DNA from: an uncultured Enterobacteriaceae bacterium
GTDB taxonomy: Bacteria; Pseudomonadota; Gammaproteobacteria; Eutrophobiales; Eutrophobiaceae
Assembly (NCBI GenBank): GCA_964523895.1
Contig: CAZGBJ010000002.1
Location: 86,898-150,897, forward strand
Length of the DNA stretch: 64,000 bases
Direction: 5' to 3'
A program made the translations under genes and the position numbers. Below, one piece after another: positions 59,957-64,000 of the stretch. How positions within the stretch are numbered: the first letter of the stretch is position 1; each line of letters starts with the position of its first letter. The notes under the pieces are model-generated. The model worked only from the letters and a program-made list of their open reading frames with translations, did no database searches and had not been told where the DNA came from.

Positions 59957-61594
59957 ATGGAATATTCTGAAAAAAATATTTCGAGTTTACTTCGTGAACT
60001 TAACGAAATTGGTATCGCGCTATCTGCAGAAAAAGATCACGCTCGTTTATTAGAACTCATTCTGGTCAAGGCGATGGAAATCACCAACGCCGATGGCGGC
60101 ACCTTATATAGTTGTACTGAAGATGATCACCTTAAGTTTGAAATTCTGCATAATCAATCTCTGAACATCCATAAAGGCGGTACCAGCGGCGAAGAAATTT
60201 CTTTTCATCCGCTGGCCTTGTTCGACGACGAAGGTAAACCTAACCATCATATGGTTGCTGCTAGTACTGTAGTTCGTGGTGAAACAGTCAACATTCCTGA
60301 CGCCTATGCCAGCAAAGAATTTGATTTTTCCGGTACGCGTAGTTTTGATAACAAAATGGGTTATCGTTCAACTTCATTTCTGACAGTACCGATGACCAAC
60401 CATGAAAATGACATCATCGGTGTATTGCAACTCATCAATGCCATTGAACAGGATTCAGGTAAGGTCATTCCCTTTTCATCATTGGATCAACAAGTCGTGG
60501 AATCACTTGCTTCACAAGCCGCAGTGACTATTACCAATAAAGGCTTAATAGATGCACAGAAAAATTTATTCGATTCATTTATTCAACTGATAGCCGATGC
60601 GATTGACGAAAAGTCACCATATACAGCAGGTCATTGTCGCCGTGTTCCTGTGTTGACCAATATGCTGGCAGTGGCAGTAAATAAAATTGATGTAGGTCCG
60701 TTAAAAGACTTCAGTATGACTGAAGATGAAATATATGAACTTGATGTTGCTGCCTGGTTACATGATTGTGGAAAAATCACGACACCAGAATATGTTGTTG
60801 ATAAAGGAACAAAACTGGAAACAATCTTTGATCGTATCAACTTGGTAGATATGTCATTTGAAGTATTAAAGCGTGATGCTGTTATTGATGCACTAAAATC
60901 TAGATTAGTAAACGGAAATGGTTCGGCTGATATTGATCAGGAATTAGAGTCTGATACAGACTTGCAAAATAAATTCATCGCCTTAACAAAGGAAAGAGAA
61001 GATATACGTAAATACAATGTTGGTGGTGAATCACTGGAAGATGAAGATATAAAACGGATCGAAGAGATTGCTAATAGAACATACGTCGATCCAGAAGGTG
61101 AAACAGTTAAGTTGTTGGGTGAAGAAGATGTAGAAAATCTGGAAATAGGTCGCGGTACACTTTCAATTAGAGAAAGAGAAATTATTAATAATCATGTTTC
61201 AGTTACGATAAAGATGCTTGAATCTTTACCTTATCCTAAACATCTGACTCGCGTGCCCGAATTTGCAGGCGGACATCACGAGAAAATGGATGGCACTGGC
61301 TATCCAAACAAATTAACAAAACAACAAATGTCAGTACAAGCGAGAATGATTGCAATTGCTGATGTGTTTGAAGCCCTCACTGCCAGTGACAGGCCTTACA
61401 AGAAAGCAATGAGCTTATCACAATCATTAAAAATACTAGGGCAGATGAAGCTGGATAATCATGTTGATGCTGATCTATTTGATATTTTTATACATGAAAA
61501 AATTTATCTTGATTATGCCAATAAGCATCTAGGTAAAAAACAAATTGATGATGTTGATTTTGAAGATATTCCCGGTTATGAAATGCTTGAGTGA
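59957..61594 (+). CDS. GAF-domain HD-GYP c-di-GMP phosphodiesterase
   Basis: N-terminal GAF and C-terminal HD-GYP (HDCGKITTP… GGHHEKMDGTGYPNKL). Confidence 0.8.
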   Translation: MEYSEKNISSLLRELNEIGIALSAEKDHARLLELILVKAMEITNADGGTLYSCTEDDHLKFEILHNQSLNIHKGGTSGEEISFHPLALFDDEGKPNHHMVAASTVVRGETVNIPDAYASKEFDFSGTRSFDNKMGYRSTSFLTVPMTNHENDIIGVLQLINAIEQDSGKVIPFSSLDQQVVESLASQAAVTITNKGLIDAQKNLFDSFIQLIADAIDEKSPYTAGHCRRVPVLTNMLAVAVNKIDVGPLKDFSMTEDEIYELDVAAWLHDCGKITTPEYVVDKGTKLETIFDRINLVDMSFEVLKRDAVIDALKSRLVNGNGSADIDQELESDTDLQNKFIALTKEREDIRKYNVGGESLEDEDIKRIEEIANRTYVDPEGETVKLLGEEDVENLEIGRGTLSIREREIINNHVSVTIKMLESLPYPKHLTRVPEFAGGHHEKMDGTGYPNKLTKQQMSVQARMIAIADVFEALTASDRPYKKAMSLSQSLKILGQMKLDNHVDADLFDIFIHEKIYLDYANKHLGKKQIDDVDFEDIPGYEMLE

Positions 61595-61636
61595 AACGTC
61601 GAGCGTGAAAAGTGCACTTTTAACGTTTCACGTCGC

Positions 61637-62500
61637 ATGACTCCTCGACAATTAGTTCAACAAACTGAAAAAATATTTTCATCATCTGACTTACATTACG
61701 GTCATGGTACTGACAATGCACTTGATGAGGCTTTTTATCTGGTAATGGCTGCCGCTGGACTGGAATTTGATTGTGGTGAAGCGAAATTAGACGAAGACAT
61801 ACAGCAAAATTTACTTAGCCATATTGAAAGTCTGATCGATAAACGGATGACGCAACGCATTCCCGTTGCCTATCTTGTTAATCAGGCCTGGTTTGCCGGG
61901 CGAGAATTTTATGTTGATGAACGGGTCTTGATACCGCGGTCACCGTTTGCGGAATTAATAACATCACAATTTATGCCCTGGCTATCTTTTAATAAGGTCA
62001 ATTCGATTCTCGATATTGGAACCGGCAGCGCTTGTATTCCCATTGCCTGTGCTTATGAATTTCCTCATGCTGAAATTAATGCCGTTGACATTGACGATGA
62101 TGCACTTGAAGTTGCGAAAATAAACGTAAAGAAACACGGTTTTAATGATCGCGTACAACTTTATAAATCAAATTTATTCGAACAACTTGAAGGTAAAAAA
62201 TATGATTTAATTATTAGTAATCCACCCTATGTGGGTAATGATGAAATGCAATTGTTACCGGAAGAATATCTACATGAACCAAGTCATGCTCTGGAAGCGA
62301 ACGACAATGGACTGGAATTAGTTGGACAAATTTTAAAACAAGCTTCGGCTTATCTAAATGAAGGCGGTGTTCTCGCAGTTGAAGTAGGCAATAGTAAAGA
62401 GATATTGATTGAGCAGTATCCAGAGCTTCCCTTCATTTGGCTGGACTTTGAGAACGGTGGTGACGGTGTATTTCTGTTGAATAAAAGCGATTTGGCTTAA
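61637..62500 (+). CDS. prmB: Ribosomal protein L3 glutamine N5-methyltransferase (HemK family)
   Basis: SAM-binding DIGTGSACI and NPPY motifs, plus the PrmB-type N-terminal region. Confidence 0.8.
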   Translation: MTPRQLVQQTEKIFSSSDLHYGHGTDNALDEAFYLVMAAAGLEFDCGEAKLDEDIQQNLLSHIESLIDKRMTQRIPVAYLVNQAWFAGREFYVDERVLIPRSPFAELITSQFMPWLSFNKVNSILDIGTGSACIPIACAYEFPHAEINAVDIDDDALEVAKINVKKHGFNDRVQLYKSNLFEQLEGKKYDLIISNPPYVGNDEMQLLPEEYLHEPSHALEANDNGLELVGQILKQASAYLNEGGVLAVEVGNSKEILIEQYPELPFIWLDFENGGDGVFLLNKSDLA

Positions 62501-62589
62501 ATTTAAAAAATATAGGAAGTATTCGGAAACTAATTTAGTATTTATACTACTAAAAGTTGAAATAACAAAAATAATAGCGAGGCAGGTTA

Positions 62590-63954
62590 ATGGCAGGGGC
62601 TGACAGCAGGGAACTGAAACTCGAGGAAAATCAGGTTGCTGGCAATGGCTTACTTGATCGACGCCTGTTTTTAAAAAAAGGTCTGCAGTTTGGTGCGATT
62701 ACCACACTTGCTTCAACAAGCTCGCTAGCGGCATCTGAATCAGCAACACCTGCTAAGGTTGAACCGGATAAGCTGCCGTGGATGCATACGCCTGGTAAGC
62801 CCTTTTCAATTTATGGCTCCCCCTCAAGTTTTGAAGATAATGTGGTTCGCTATCCCTCGCCGAATGAACTTGTTGCTGGCAATGGTGTTTCCTGGACACC
62901 GTTACATTTAATGGAAGGCAGTATTATCCCCAACGGTCTCCATTACGAACGTCACCATAACGGCGTGCCGCAAATTGACCCCAAAAAACATCGTTTGTTA
63001 ATTCATGGTCTGGTAAAGAAGGATTTAAGTTTTAGCATCGATGATTTATTGCGTTATCCGATGCAGTCTAAAATTTGCTTTATCGAATGTGGTGGTAACA
63101 GCAATGCTGGCTGGAACAAACAACCGGCGCAGGCAGAAGCCGGCTACTTCAATGGCATGGTATCTGGTAGTGAATGGACTGGTGTGCCGCTTTCTGTTTT
63201 GTTAGATGAAGTCGGTTTAAGAAAAAAAGCAAAATGGATTATAGCTGAAGGTGCTGATGCCTTTGCCATGCAAATGTCGATTCCAATAGAAAAAGCACTG
63301 GATGATGCATTCCTTGCACTGTACCAAAACGGTGAACGTATTCGTCCGGAAAATGGCTATCCCTTGCGTTTAATTGTTCCCGGCTGGGAAGGCGTTTTGA
63401 ATGTGAAATGGTTACGACGACTCAAAGTCACTAATCGTCCAGTCATGGCGCGCAATGAAACGTCGAAATACACTGAATTACAACCTTCCGGCAAGGCAAG
63501 AATGTTTACCTTTCTGATAGAGGCAAAATCTTTAATTACTTCTCCCTCGGCACACATGTTGTTAAAAACTCCCGGCTTATATCAACTGACCGGACTAGCG
63601 TGGTCGGGTCGTGGCAAGATTAGTCAGGTTGATGTGTCTGCCGATGGCGGTAAAACATGGGCAGAAGCTGAACTACAAGAACCCGTTTTAGACCGTGCCT
63701 TGACTCGATTTAGATTACCCTGGCATTGGGATGGTTCGCCAGCAGTATTATTAAGTCGCGCGGTGGATGAAACAGGTTATGTGCAACCGGATCGAAATAC
63801 TTTAGTTAAAGAGCGAGGTCGAAAAGGCTTCTTTCACTACAACGCAATCACACGATGGAACGTCGACACAGATGGTTTTGTATCACATGTTTATAAAAAA
63901 GATGAATCAGCAAAAGATACTTCTGATATCAGCATTGATAGCGACTGGGATTAG
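62590..63954 (+). CDS. TAT-exported sulfite-oxidase-family molybdoenzyme (SoxC / sulfite dehydrogenase SorA-like)
   Basis: Twin-arginine signal (RRLFLKKGLQFGAITTLA) and Moco-binding and dimerisation-domain pattern. Confidence 0.7.
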   Translation: MAGADSRELKLEENQVAGNGLLDRRLFLKKGLQFGAITTLASTSSLAASESATPAKVEPDKLPWMHTPGKPFSIYGSPSSFEDNVVRYPSPNELVAGNGVSWTPLHLMEGSIIPNGLHYERHHNGVPQIDPKKHRLLIHGLVKKDLSFSIDDLLRYPMQSKICFIECGGNSNAGWNKQPAQAEAGYFNGMVSGSEWTGVPLSVLLDEVGLRKKAKWIIAEGADAFAMQMSIPIEKALDDAFLALYQNGERIRPENGYPLRLIVPGWEGVLNVKWLRRLKVTNRPVMARNETSKYTELQPSGKARMFTFLIEAKSLITSPSAHMLLKTPGLYQLTGLAWSGRGKISQVDVSADGGKTWAEAELQEPVLDRALTRFRLPWHWDGSPAVLLSRAVDETGYVQPDRNTLVKERGRKGFFHYNAITRWNVDTDGFVSHVYKKDESAKDTSDISIDSDWD

Positions 63955-64000
63955 TCCTGCACTCGCTGAATCACCTCAAGGCCCGGGACTGGGAAGTAAT
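63902..64000 (+). CDS. 5' end of a signal-peptide protein overlapping the SoxC-like stop (possible cytochrome c partner SoxD/SorB); truncated by the window
   Basis: An ATG at 63902 opens MNQQKILLISALIATGISPALAESPQGPGLGSN, a typical Sec signal peptide. Genes of this family are normally followed by a c-type cytochrome subunit. Confidence 0.3.
   Translation, partial: MNQQKILLISALIATGISPALAESPQGPGLGSN

Noticed and set aside
1-64000. CRISPR arrays, rRNA and tRNA genes
   Set aside because: No regularly spaced direct repeats with unique spacers were seen. No rRNA-like conserved stretches and no tRNA cloverleaf candidates in the intergenic regions.

Overview
AT-rich gammaproteobacterial chromosomal segment containing core housekeeping and TCA-cycle genes plus three accessory blocks. 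Housekeeping genes are sucB (3' end)/sucA, divergent gltA and mdh, rppH, mpl, nth, mutS, fdxA, htpG, prmB, and a TAT-exported SoxC/sulfite-dehydrogenase-like molybdoenzyme at the right edge. Block 1 (15.9-27.3 kb) is a dense Ser/Thr-phospho and second-messenger signalling region. It holds an RsbU-like GAF-PP2C, RsbW-like kinase and RsbV-like STAS partner-switching triad with no sigma factor nearby, directly upstream of a CHASE2 class III nucleotidyl cyclase. Convergent to these is an FHA / PP2C / CHASE2-Ser/Thr-kinase operon, followed by a 7TMR-DISM histidine kinase with a LuxR-type regulator. Block 2 (27.6-36.9 kb) is a two-partner secretion locus: TpsB, a double FecR-domain protein, a nested BrnT/BrnA toxin-antitoxin pair, and a 1918-aa TPS-domain exoprotein carrying an internal 125-aa duplication. 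Block 3 (43.8-57.7 kb) is an unusually organised Tad/Flp pilus operon directly upstream of mutS. It contains an Flp pilin, a second Flp-like prepilin, three TadE/TadG-like pseudopilins, a CpaB homolog extended by eight 40-aa tandem repeats, an RcpA/CpaC secretin, a TadA/CpaF ATPase with an N-terminal FHA domain, TadB, TadC, DUF192 and a TadD-like lipoprotein. No TadZ/CpaE and no prepilin peptidase are present. The candidate new biology is FHA-mediated Ser/Thr phospho-control of a TadZ-less Tad pilus, combined with partner switching that feeds a cyclase rather than a sigma factor. Smaller items include a RelE/antitoxin mini-island flanked by 30-bp direct repeats inside the 3' end of a HAD hydrolase gene, a MITE-like inverted-repeat element in a convergent intergenic region, an orphan RnfA/E-family gene next to nth, and an orphan nspC. 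No rRNA, tRNA or CRISPR array was found.
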